A stretch of 64,000 nucleotides of DNA from Acidobacteriota bacterium (lineage in GTDB: Bacteria; Acidobacteriota; Terriglobia; Acidiferrales; 2-02-FULL-67-57). The notes under the pieces are model-generated. The model was given only the letters and a program-made list of their open reading frames with translations, was not told the origin of the DNA and made no database searches. Positions 36,652-47,034 of the stretch are shown here, in pieces (positions within the stretch are counted from its first letter, which is position 1; each line of letters opens with the position of its first letter). Position numbers and translations under genes: made by a program. The stretch covers positions 6,315 through 70,314 of the forward strand of contig JBBIPK010000005.1 in assembly GCA_037442885.1 (NCBI GenBank), given 5' to 3'.

Positions 36652-36680
36652 ATTGTAAGCGAATAAAAAGCGAAAGTCAA
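36652..36680 (-). promoter_or_regulatory. near-consensus sigma-70 promoter (TTGACT-17 nt-TACAAT) with the direct repeat TTCGCT-N5-TTCGCT filling the spacer
   Basis: The minus strand reads TTGACT TTCGCTTTTTATTCGCT TACAAT. It lies in the only AT-rich patch of the divergent intergenic region, 17-33 nt upstream of the candidate starts of the RecA-like gene. Confidence 0.55.
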
Positions 36681-36814
36681 GAGAAATTTCAAAAAGCCTC
36701 TTCTGCGCGAAATAGCTCACTCGAAGCTGAGTCTCGCAACCTCTTCAACGCCTGGTTGCTTTCCTATCTCTTTTGTTTTCTTTGCAATAGCCAAGTGACT
36801 TTTTGGCAGTGCGG

Positions 36815-38560
36815 ATGCACATCTTGTTCTGGATTATGACTGGTTCGGACTCAAAGCTGTCGCGCACATGGCTGATCGGCCTGGCCATCTCTGGCCTGCT
36901 CATTGTCGCTTTCGCTCTCCTAGCCCTCGTCCTCTACACTCGTACCGAACGCGGCGTGCTCGAAAAGCACAGCCAGGATCAGCAGGTTCTGGCACAGGTT
37001 GCAGCCTCAGTTCTGGCCGAGCGGGTGGATTCGCTTCTGTTTGCGGCGCAATCTCTCAGCGAGCGGCTCCAGCGAGCAAGCGTGGCGAGCTGGGAGCAAG
37101 AGATTGCGACACTTCCCCCGTTGGTGCCCGGCGGCAAGGTGCTGCTGCTGCGCTCCGACAGCGGGTTTGTCTGGACGGGAAAACTCCCTGGCGAGGCGGG
37201 CTGGGAAAGCGCGCTCACGCTTTGGCAAGGAAAATCGCATGCGGTGCTGACCAATCCACGGGTGGACCCCTCGGGCCAAGCGCAGGTGGTGCTGCTGGTT
37301 CCTTTGTATCGGGGCGAAGCGCTGGCCGCCCAGGTTGGCTTCACCCTGCCGTTCGCGCACCTGACCGACTCTATCCTGCCCCCTTCAGCAGCGGTTCGCG
37401 TCAGCTTGTCGCTGCTGGATGAACAGGGGCTGGTGCTGGCCAACAGCCGCCATCCCGAGATGGTGGGCAGGCGACTCCCTGAGCCGCAAGGAAACTGTCT
37501 GCCCTGCCACGCCGACTTTTCTCTCGAACACCGCATGCTGCGGAATGAGAGCGGCGTGGGGAGCGTGCGGGTGGCGAACGAGCCCCTGGCGCTTGTTTCC
37601 TTTACGGCTGTGCATCTGCCCGGGCGACGCTGGAGTCTCGCGCTGACGGAACCCTATTCGAGCGTGATCGCCGACACGCGCCACGGATTTCAAGCCATCA
37701 CCCTGTTGCTCGGGCTGGTGCTGATGGTCGGGATCGGGGCCACCACCCTCACGCTTCAGTACCGGTTGCAGCGTCGGCGGGCTGAGGAACGCGCCCACCT
37801 GGCCGAGCGGCGCGCCGCGCTCGAGCAGCAACTCCGGCAGAGCCAGCAGCTGGCCACCATCGGCAAGATGACCTCGCAGATTGCCCACCAGATCAACACA
37901 CCGCTGGCCACGCTGGCACTGAATGTGGAGTATCTGCGCGCCGAGCTGGCGCGGACCTACGGTGGGGCGAGCGCGGGGCTGGGAGAAGTGAGCAACGCCA
38001 TCCTGGAGGAAATCGAGCGCCTGAAGCGCGTGGTGAACGATTATCTACGTTTTTCGCGTTTGCCGCAGGCGGTGCTTGCGCGTGAATCGCTGACTGAATT
38101 GCTTCGCAGTTTCCTGGATTTTATCGAGCCGGAGGCCCGGCAGCGCAACGTGCGCGTGGAGGCCGACCTGGGCACGGAGGCGATGGAGGCGGAGCTGGAT
38201 GCGGAGCTCTTTCGTCAGGCCTTTCTGAATCTCGTCCGCAACAGCTTTGAAGCCATGCCCGAGGGCGGCACGCTGCGGATTCGTATCGCCCGCCAGGATA
38301 CAGAAGTGGCGGTGCGGCTCGAAGACACCGGCCGCGGCATCTCCCCCGAAGCTTTGCCACATATCTTCGAGCCGTTCTTTACCACCAAGAAGGACGGCAC
38401 TGGCCTGGGACTGGCCCATACGCTGCGTGTCATCGAACAGCATGGTGGCACGATCCGCTGCGACAGCAGGCCCGGCCAGGGCACGGCGTTTGAGATTCGA
38501 CTCCCGGCGGCATCTGCCGCCGTAGAGCTTTCCCGCGAACTGGCGGGGAAAGGAAGATGA
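36815..38560 (+). CDS. membrane sensor histidine kinase with a CxxCH motif in the extracytoplasmic domain
   Basis: ORF from TTG 36803, with ATGs at 36815 and 36836 (start ambiguous). Two TMs flank a ~250-aa sensor domain containing NCLPCHA. H-box IAHQINTPLATL. G-boxes GTGLGLAH. Confidence 0.88.
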   Translation: MHILFWIMTGSDSKLSRTWLIGLAISGLLIVAFALLALVLYTRTERGVLEKHSQDQQVLAQVAASVLAERVDSLLFAAQSLSERLQRASVASWEQEIATLPPLVPGGKVLLLRSDSGFVWTGKLPGEAGWESALTLWQGKSHAVLTNPRVDPSGQAQVVLLVPLYRGEALAAQVGFTLPFAHLTDSILPPSAAVRVSLSLLDEQGLVLANSRHPEMVGRRLPEPQGNCLPCHADFSLEHRMLRNESGVGSVRVANEPLALVSFTAVHLPGRRWSLALTEPYSSVIADTRHGFQAITLLLGLVLMVGIGATTLTLQYRLQRRRAEERAHLAERRAALEQQLRQSQQLATIGKMTSQIAHQINTPLATLALNVEYLRAELARTYGGASAGLGEVSNAILEEIERLKRVVNDYLRFSRLPQAVLARESLTELLRSFLDFIEPEARQRNVRVEADLGTEAMEAELDAELFRQAFLNLVRNSFEAMPEGGTLRIRIARQDTEVAVRLEDTGRGISPEALPHIFEPFFTTKKDGTGLGLAHTLRVIEQHGGTIRCDSRPGQGTAFEIRLPAASAAVELSRELAGKGR

Positions 38561-38563
38561 ACC

Positions 38564-40000
38564 ATGGCAACCAGAGATGTGGTGACCCCGACGCAGCTTC
38601 TGTCGGTGGGCGAAGGATCGTTGCGCGTCCTCGTGGTGGACGATGATGCGGCGCTGCGGGGATCATTGGAGCGCGTGCTGGCACAGAACGGGTGCGAGGT
38701 GGTCGCGGCTGAGAACGCGGCGACAGCGCGCGAAGTGCTTCTGGAGAAAAGCGTGGCCGTCGTCGTGCTCGATCTCGTCCTGCCGGACGCCGAAGGGCTC
38801 GACCTGTTGCGCGAACTCAAGGTTACGCAACCGGAAGCCGAAATCGTCGTCGTCACCGCCTATGGCAGCATTGAGAGCGCCGTGGAAGCGATGCGCTGGG
38901 GCGCCTACGACTACTTGACCAAGCCCTTCAATGCCACCGAACTCCTGACCACTGTGAGCAAGGCAGTGGAAAAGTTTGCCCTCGTGCGCGAAAACCGCAC
39001 CTTACGCCAGCAACTGAGTCAGCAAACCATCAACCGCATCCTGGTGGGCAACAGCGCCGCCATGCAGCGGGTGAAGAAGTTGATCGAGCAGGTCGCGCCC
39101 AGCTCGGCGCCGGTCATCATCGAAGGTGAAAGCGGAACGGGCAAGGAAGTTGTGGCGGAGGCCATCCACCAGGCCAGCAGCCGCGCCCACAAGCCGCTCA
39201 TCAAACTCAGTTGCGCGGCCTTACCGGAGACTCTGCTCGAAGCCGAACTCTTCGGGTACGAGCGCGGCGCCTTTACCGGTGCCGTCAGCCGCAAGCCCGG
39301 CCGCTTTGACCTCGCCAACGGCGGCACGCTCTTCCTGGACGAAATCGTTGACATCCCGCTCACCACGCAGGTTAAGCTACTCCGCGTTCTCCAGGACGGC
39401 AAATACGAACGGCTGGGCGGTCGCGAGACTCTGTGCTCCGACGTTCGGATCATTGCTGCCACCAACCGCAACCTCGAGCAGGCCGTGCGCGACGGCCGCT
39501 TCCGTGAAGACCTGTATTACCGACTCAACGTCATCACTATCCCCCTGCCCTCCTTGCGCGCCCGCAAGGACGAGATCCCGGTCCTGGCGCACCACTTCCG
39601 CCAACTCTATGCCGCACGGAATCAGAAGAACATCCGCGACATCTCTCCCGCGGCCATGAGCTGCCTGCTCGCCTACGACTGGCCCGGAAACGTGCGCGAA
39701 CTGGAGAACGTGATCGAGCGGGCGGTGGTTCTCTGCGAGGGCGAAGTGATCCAGGCCCACCTGCTGCCGGAGACTATCAACCCAACCGCTCATCGCGCCA
39801 GCCGGGACGCCGGCCAGCCTGACAAGCCACCCATCATCACTCTCAGCTTCCCCGTAGGCACCTCGATGCAGGACGTCGAAGACCTCGCTATAGAGGCACT
39901 GCTCGAGTACACACAAAACGACCGGTCGGCGGCCGCGTCCCTGCTTGACATCCACCCCCGCACCATCGCCCGCCACCTCGCCAACAAGAACGTCACCTAG
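38564..40000 (+). CDS. sigma-54-dependent response regulator (NtrC/Fis family)
   Basis: 478 aa. REC (VLVVDDD...VVLDLVLPDAEG), AAA+ (GESGTGKE, ELFGYERGAFTGA, the GAFTGA motif), and a C-terminal HTH. Confidence 0.93.
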   Translation: MATRDVVTPTQLLSVGEGSLRVLVVDDDAALRGSLERVLAQNGCEVVAAENAATAREVLLEKSVAVVVLDLVLPDAEGLDLLRELKVTQPEAEIVVVTAYGSIESAVEAMRWGAYDYLTKPFNATELLTTVSKAVEKFALVRENRTLRQQLSQQTINRILVGNSAAMQRVKKLIEQVAPSSAPVIIEGESGTGKEVVAEAIHQASSRAHKPLIKLSCAALPETLLEAELFGYERGAFTGAVSRKPGRFDLANGGTLFLDEIVDIPLTTQVKLLRVLQDGKYERLGGRETLCSDVRIIAATNRNLEQAVRDGRFREDLYYRLNVITIPLPSLRARKDEIPVLAHHFRQLYAARNQKNIRDISPAAMSCLLAYDWPGNVRELENVIERAVVLCEGEVIQAHLLPETINPTAHRASRDAGQPDKPPIITLSFPVGTSMQDVEDLAIEALLEYTQNDRSAAASLLDIHPRTIARHLANKNVT

Positions 40001-40433
40001 AGCCCTCTGCGGGCGGCGGGATCCTCGAGCTTCTAGCGTCACCCGGGGCCCCAGGCGGGAGCCTGGGATACCGTGCATTACTACACGGTCGCAATACTAA
40101 CCAGAGCCCGGAGGTTCCTGCCTCCGGGAGATTCTCCACATCCTGCCCATGAAGTCCTAATCTCAGGCCGAGGGATGCCCCGGGGGGAGCCGGCTGAAAA
40201 AGCGCGGGGCAGGCCCGGCGACTCAGTGCGTTCTCGCAAGCTGCGCCTATTGATTCCGAGTCCCGAGGCTCCACGGGGGCCCTGCTAGCCGGAGGAGCGA
40301 GAAAATCTGTCCCAGCCGGTACGAGTTGGCACCCCGTCCTGACAATTTGTCGCTCGGCCAAGCTGGCAGACGCGAAGCCTAAGTTTTCTTCTACGTTATC
40401 AAGTAGATACGTGCAGGCCCCATCGCGGCCATC

Positions 40434-40449
40434 TGGCATCGGCTGTGCT
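40434..40449 (+). promoter_or_regulatory. candidate sigma-54 promoter TGGCAT-N5-GTGCT
   Basis: GG at 40435-40436 and GC at 40447-40448 have the canonical -24/-12 spacing. It lies 43 nt upstream of the ATG at 40492 and immediately downstream of an NtrC-type activator gene. Confidence 0.55.
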
Positions 40450-40491
40450 ACCTCTGGAAGTGGGCTGGATAAAAGGCCCCGGCGGTGAAAG

Positions 40492-41670
40492 ATGGCAGAG
40501 CCACTCACAAAAATCCTGACGACCACTCCGCCCCGGGCACTCGTCCTCGCCGAGGACCCCTGGGTTCGCTTTCGTCTCAAGCGCGAACTGGAACGGGCCG
40601 GCTGCAGCGTCCGCGTGCTCACGCAGTTGCGCACCGGTGAGCCGCCCGGGAAGACCCCCTACGATCTTGTCATTGCTGATGCTGCGCTGCTTCCGGAAGG
40701 AAGCCGCCTGGAAGCCCTGCGCGCCTTGCGGGCGGGGTCTCCCCAACCGCGGTTTGTCCTGCTCGTTGGCCCGGGGGAGAAGGCCTTAGCCGAACAAGCC
40801 CGCCAGAGCGGGTTCGATCTCGTTCTGGAGCGCACCAGCCGAGCCGAGTCCGTGGCCGAACTGGTGCGTGAGATCTTGGAGCCTCCTCGCCCGACACTGG
40901 CACTCCCGCCTGTTTCTGCGCCCGTTCATTTCGATGTCTTACTCGAGCTGCCGGGAGGGGAACGGAAGCGCCGGGCAGGTTCTGCCCTAGCCGGTGCAAT
41001 GCTGCAAGGACTCGTGCTGGCGGTCTTGGTCATTGTGCCGATGGCGTTCACGGAGACGCTCGACGTCCGAGAACTGGTCAACACCTGGGTGGTGGCGCCG
41101 CCGCCTCCTCCTCCGCCACCGCCGCCGCCCGCGCCTGCCACTGCCATGCAGGTGCGGCCAAAGCGTGTCACGCAGATGCTGGCGGGCAAGCTCGTGGCTC
41201 CGACCGTGATTCCCAAGGAAATCGCTCAGGTCGTCGAGGCGCCCGAGCTTGCCCCGGGGCCCGGCGTAGTAGGCGGAGTTCCGGGGGGAGTTCCCGGCGG
41301 CCAGATCGGAGGAGTGATTGGCGGGGTCATCGGCGGAATCCCGGCAGCGATTCCCAAGCCCCCGCCTCCGACGAAGCCCATCCGCGTGGGCGGTCGTGTT
41401 ACTGCACCGCGGCTGATTCGGAGGGTGGAGCCTGTCTATCCCGCCTTGGCGCGGCAGGCGCGCATTGAAGGTTCGGTTCGAATTGATGCCGTCATTGATG
41501 AAACCGGCCACGTGGTGGAGATGAAGGTTCTCTCCGGCCACCCCATCCTGGTAAAGGCAGCGCTGGATGCGGTGCAACAGTGGGTCTATGAGCCCACCCT
41601 CCTGAATGACCAAGCGGTCCCGGTGCTGCTCGAGGTCACGGTGAATTTCGTGCTCGCAGGGTTGCGCTGA
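40492..41670 (+). CDS. receiver-like domain fused to a TonB-type energy transducer
   Basis: 392 aa. The N-terminal ~130 aa are REC-like (ALVLAEDPW...YDLVIADAALLPEGS). Then a TM (LQGLVLAVLVIVPMAF), a Pro tract (PPPPPPPPPPPPAPA) and a TonB C-terminal domain (APRLIRRVEPVYPALARQARIEGSVRIDAVIDETGHV). Confidence 0.85.
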   Translation: MAEPLTKILTTTPPRALVLAEDPWVRFRLKRELERAGCSVRVLTQLRTGEPPGKTPYDLVIADAALLPEGSRLEALRALRAGSPQPRFVLLVGPGEKALAEQARQSGFDLVLERTSRAESVAELVREILEPPRPTLALPPVSAPVHFDVLLELPGGERKRRAGSALAGAMLQGLVLAVLVIVPMAFTETLDVRELVNTWVVAPPPPPPPPPPPAPATAMQVRPKRVTQMLAGKLVAPTVIPKEIAQVVEAPELAPGPGVVGGVPGGVPGGQIGGVIGGVIGGIPAAIPKPPPPTKPIRVGGRVTAPRLIRRVEPVYPALARQARIEGSVRIDAVIDETGHVVEMKVLSGHPILVKAALDAVQQWVYEPTLLNDQAVPVLLEVTVNFVLAGLR

Positions 41671-41678
41671 GGTGCGCG

Positions 41679-42053
41679 ATGGCCACGATCCTGTTGGTGG
41701 ACGACGACGCCAACTTCCGCTCCGCCCTCGAGCGCGTCCTCCTCTTGGATGGGCATTCCCTCCAGTTTGCCTCGGATACGCTGGCCGCGCTCGCTCTGGC
41801 GGAGAAAGCGGCGGTGGATATCGTGATCGCCGACCTGAACCTGTGTCAGGAGAGTGGCCTCGACCTTGTGCTCGCGCTGCGAGAACGGCGCCCAGGCTTG
41901 CCCGTCATCCTGCTCAGCGCTGCCCCCGATGCCAGTTCCTATCTCGAAGCTCTTCGCTTGGGCGCCTATGAGTATCTTGCTAAACCTCTCGACTTCACCG
42001 AATTGAGGCAGGTAGTGCAACAAGCTCTCAAGCCGGTGGGGAGACCCTCATGA
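41679..42053 (+). CDS. single-domain response regulator
   Basis: 124 aa. ILLVDDDANFRSAL...DIVIADLNLCQESG...LAKPLDF. Confidence 0.9.
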   Translation: MATILLVDDDANFRSALERVLLLDGHSLQFASDTLAALALAEKAAVDIVIADLNLCQESGLDLVLALRERRPGLPVILLSAAPDASSYLEALRLGAYEYLAKPLDFTELRQVVQQALKPVGRPS

Positions 42054-42379
42054 CCGAAAAGAAAAAGAAGCGTGTCGCTGACCTCCTGCATTTTTCCTGG
42101 ACCTGCCCGTTGTGTCACTGGAAGGGGGAGGTGGTGACCGAAACCCACTTTGGGAACGACCGCGGGCGCAACCTCCACATCGGCGACTGCCTCTTCGATT
42201 GCGACAAGCAGGTTGAGCCGCGCCACCTCTACTTCCTCGAGCTCTTCACCTGCCCGGGATGCGCCACCGAAGACGAGCCATTTTTCTTCGTCGCCGAGAT
42301 CCACTGCATCGGGAACCGTTGGGTCGCGCTGCAAACCTACGCTGCCTGCGATCTGGTTCCGGCAGAGCCCCGCGTTTGA
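42050..42379 (+). CDS. Cys-rich hypothetical protein (CPLC...CPGC zinc-ribbon-like)
   Basis: 109 aa. ATGA overlap with the preceding response regulator gene. WTCPLCHW ... FTCPGCATED. Confidence 0.6.
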   Translation: MTEKKKKRVADLLHFSWTCPLCHWKGEVVTETHFGNDRGRNLHIGDCLFDCDKQVEPRHLYFLELFTCPGCATEDEPFFFVAEIHCIGNRWVALQTYAACDLVPAEPRV

Positions 42380-42389
42380 GAGGTGCCGC

Positions 42390-42851
42390 ATGGCGTGGCC
42401 GAGCAATTTGTTGGAACACTTTTCCCCCACAGTCCGCGAAAAGCTCTTATCGCTCGCCGAGCCGGTTCATTTCACGGCCGGCCAGGTGATCTTCGAGGAA
42501 GGGTCGCCGAGTCTCTATCTCTTTCTCGTCAAGAGCGGGCGGGTGGCCATTGAACTTCACTTTCCGGGGTGGGGCCGCCGGCAGATCCTGACAGTGGGCC
42601 CGGGAGAACTCTTCAGTTGGTCCGCCTTGGTGGAGCCGCGGCTGGAAACCGCCTCGGCGCGGGCTCTGGAAAACACCGAAGTCTTGGCCATTCGCGGGGG
42701 TGCGCTGATGGACCTGTGCCTGGAAGACTCGGAGTTCGGGTTTCAGCTTTACCGCGCCCTGGCAGAAGTGATTACTGACCGCTTGGCCTCCACGCGTCAC
42801 CAGTTGCTGCAGGGAGCGGCCTGGCCCCAGGACATACCCGTCCCCAAGTAA
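42390..42851 (+). CDS. cyclic nucleotide-binding domain protein
   Basis: Internal ATG of ORF 42150-42851. FTAGQVIFEEGSPSLYLFLVKSGRVAIEL...GPGELFSWSALV...ASARALENTEVLAI is a cNMP-binding beta-barrel pattern. Confidence 0.8.
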   Translation: MAWPSNLLEHFSPTVREKLLSLAEPVHFTAGQVIFEEGSPSLYLFLVKSGRVAIELHFPGWGRRQILTVGPGELFSWSALVEPRLETASARALENTEVLAIRGGALMDLCLEDSEFGFQLYRALAEVITDRLASTRHQLLQGAAWPQDIPVPK

Positions 42852-42887
42852 GATTCGCCTCCCTTTGTATCTCTGCTTTATCGGCGT

Positions 42888-43667
42888 TCAGGAGAAGGCG
42901 CGTACGAGAACGGCAACGAGCAGAAAACCGGCCAGTAGGGCCAGCGAGGGTGCCTTATCGCTCGGCTGGCGGTGGCTTTCGGGGATCAATTGGTCGGACA
43001 CAACAAATACCATCGCCCCGGCGGCGAATGCCAAGCCGAAGGGAATCAGCGGGCGCGCCGAGCTCACGAAGTGATAGCCGGCAGCCGCCGCCAGCGGCTC
43101 CGCCAGCCCTGACAGGGTCGCCCACACCACCGCCCGTGCCGGAGAGCAACCATGGGCGCGCAAGGGCGTCGCTACCGCCAACCCCTCGGGAATGTTCTGC
43201 AACGCAATCGCCAGCGCCACAATCACGCCGAATTGTGCTGTGCCGGGAGCGAACGCAACCCCTACCGCCAGTCCCTCCGGCAAGTTGTGCAGGGTGATGG
43301 CCGAGGCCAGCAACACCCCCAGACGGATTCCCGGACCGTTGCCCGCGTTGAGCCAGGGAGCGAAGTGCGGTTCGAGATGGGGTACTTTGCGCTCCAGTCC
43401 GAGCACGACCAGGCCGCCGAGAAACAGGCCGATTGTCACCGAGCCGATGCCGCCGCGCTCCAGGGCAGGCCACAAGAGCGTCAGGGCCGCGGCGGACAGC
43501 ATGACGCCACCGGAGAAGCCGAGCAAAGCGTCATAGACGCGACGGGAGAGGCGAGGAAGCAGGATGACCAGCAGGCCGCCCAGGCCAGTGGCCAGCCCGG
43601 CCAGCAGGCTGGCCAGCACCGCCTGAGCGTGCGGCCCCAGTCCACTCGTCTCGGCCGCTGCCATCAT
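42888..43667 (-). CDS. ZIP-family divalent metal transporter
   Basis: 259 aa, multi-TM. Paired HNLPEGLAVG and LQNIPEGLAV motifs. Confidence 0.88.
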   Translation of the reverse strand: MMAAAETSGLGPHAQAVLASLLAGLATGLGGLLVILLPRLSRRVYDALLGFSGGVMLSAAALTLLWPALERGGIGSVTIGLFLGGLVVLGLERKVPHLEPHFAPWLNAGNGPGIRLGVLLASAITLHNLPEGLAVGVAFAPGTAQFGVIVALAIALQNIPEGLAVATPLRAHGCSPARAVVWATLSGLAEPLAAAAGYHFVSSARPLIPFGLAFAAGAMVFVVSDQLIPESHRQPSDKAPSLALLAGFLLVAVLVRAFS

Positions 43668-43712
43668 TTTTCTTCTCCCGTGGCGGCCTCGACAAGGGGG
43701 GCCCGCCGAAGG

Positions 43713-46052
<2,340 letters not shown>

Positions 46053-46077
46053 CGTCGTGCTCCTCGGTCCGGCCTGG

Positions 46078-47034
46078 CTAAGCAGCTCGGGCCTGGACCT
46101 GTGTGCGATAGACCGGATAAACCCAGTTGCGATAGGCCGGGAGGCGGCCGCGGGTGGCGTCGGTGTAGAGCTGGCGCAGGCGAGCGGTGATGGGCCCAAT
46201 CTGGCCCTTGCCCACCGGTCGGTGGTCCACCTTCACAATCGGCGCAATCTCCACCGCCGTGCCGGTGAAAAACAGCTCGTCGCAGACGTAGAGTTCGCTG
46301 CGATCCACGCGGCGCTCCTCGACTTCGAGGTGCAGCTCCTTCCGCGCCAATTCCATCACGCAGGCACGGGTGATGCCTTCGAGGATGTTCTCGGTCACCG
46401 GCGGTGTGATCAGCCTGGCGTCGCGCACGAGAAAGATGTTCGAAGCGGCGCCTTCCGCCACGTGGCCACTCTCGGTCAGGAAGATGCCCTCGTCATAGCC
46501 GTTGCGCCGCGCCTCGTCTCCGGCCAGGGCGCTGTTGACGTAGGCGCCGCAAATCTTTGCCCGGCCCGGAATCGCGTTGTCCTCAATCCGCCGCCACGAC
46601 ACCACGCCCGCGTGCAAGCCCTTCTGGCTGTCCAGATAGTCGCCGAAGGGCAGGGCCACGATGGCAAAGGCATCGTTTTCGTCCGGATGCACGCCGATGC
46701 GTTCTGCCGACTTGTAGGCGAGCGGCCGGACGTAGAGATTGGTTTGGAAGCGATTCTGGCGGACCAGTGCGGCGGTGAGTGCGGTCAATTCGGTCGGCGA
46801 GAGGGGAAGTTCAATGTTGAGAATCCGGCAGTTGGTGCGCCAGCGCGCGTAGTGCTCGACGGGTCGAACCAGATAAAGATCGCGGGCGTCGGGTTCCCAA
46901 TAGCCGCGGATGCCTTCAAACACCCCGGTGCCGTAGTGCAGGGCGTGGGTCAGGATGCCCACCTTGGCTTCCCGCAGCGGCACGAACCGGTTGTCAAAAA
47001 ACACCAACATGTCCGCGAGCTTCTCAGTGTTCAT
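46078..47034 (-). CDS. ilvE: branched-chain amino acid aminotransferase
   Basis: 318 aa. [18 protein letters not shown], and [10 protein letters not shown] with the class IV aminotransferase layout. Confidence 0.9.
   Translation of the reverse strand: MNTEKLADMLVFFDNRFVPLREAKVGILTHALHYGTGVFEGIRGYWEPDARDLYLVRPVEHYARWRTNCRILNIELPLSPTELTALTAALVRQNRFQTNLYVRPLAYKSAERIGVHPDENDAFAIVALPFGDYLDSQKGLHAGVVSWRRIEDNAIPGRAKICGAYVNSALAGDEARRNGYDEGIFLTESGHVAEGAASNIFLVRDARLITPPVTENILEGITRACVMELARKELHLEVEERRVDRSELYVCDELFFTGTAVEIAPIVKVDHRPVGKGQIGPITARLRQLYTDATRGRLPAYRNWVYPVYRTQVQARAA

Noticed and set aside
36635-36802. Canonical LexA/SOS box upstream of the polymerase operon
   Set aside because: No GTTC-N7-GTTC, CTGT-N8-ACAG or GAAC-N4-GTTC match is present. 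Only the TTCGCT-N5-TTCGCT repeat occurs, and it is reported separately as an uncharacterised operator candidate.
40330-40346. TTGGCACCCCGTCCTGA as a sigma-54 promoter
   Set aside because: It has a good -24 TGGCAC, but the -12 position reads CCTG with no GC dinucleotide. The element at 40434-40449 fits better.
40001-40433. Track ORFs 40073-40288 (+) and 39993-40634 (-) in the long gap before the REC-TonB gene
   Set aside because: The translations are Arg/Pro/Gly/Ser-rich with no motifs and poor start contexts. I treat the region as non-coding leader or enhancer DNA.
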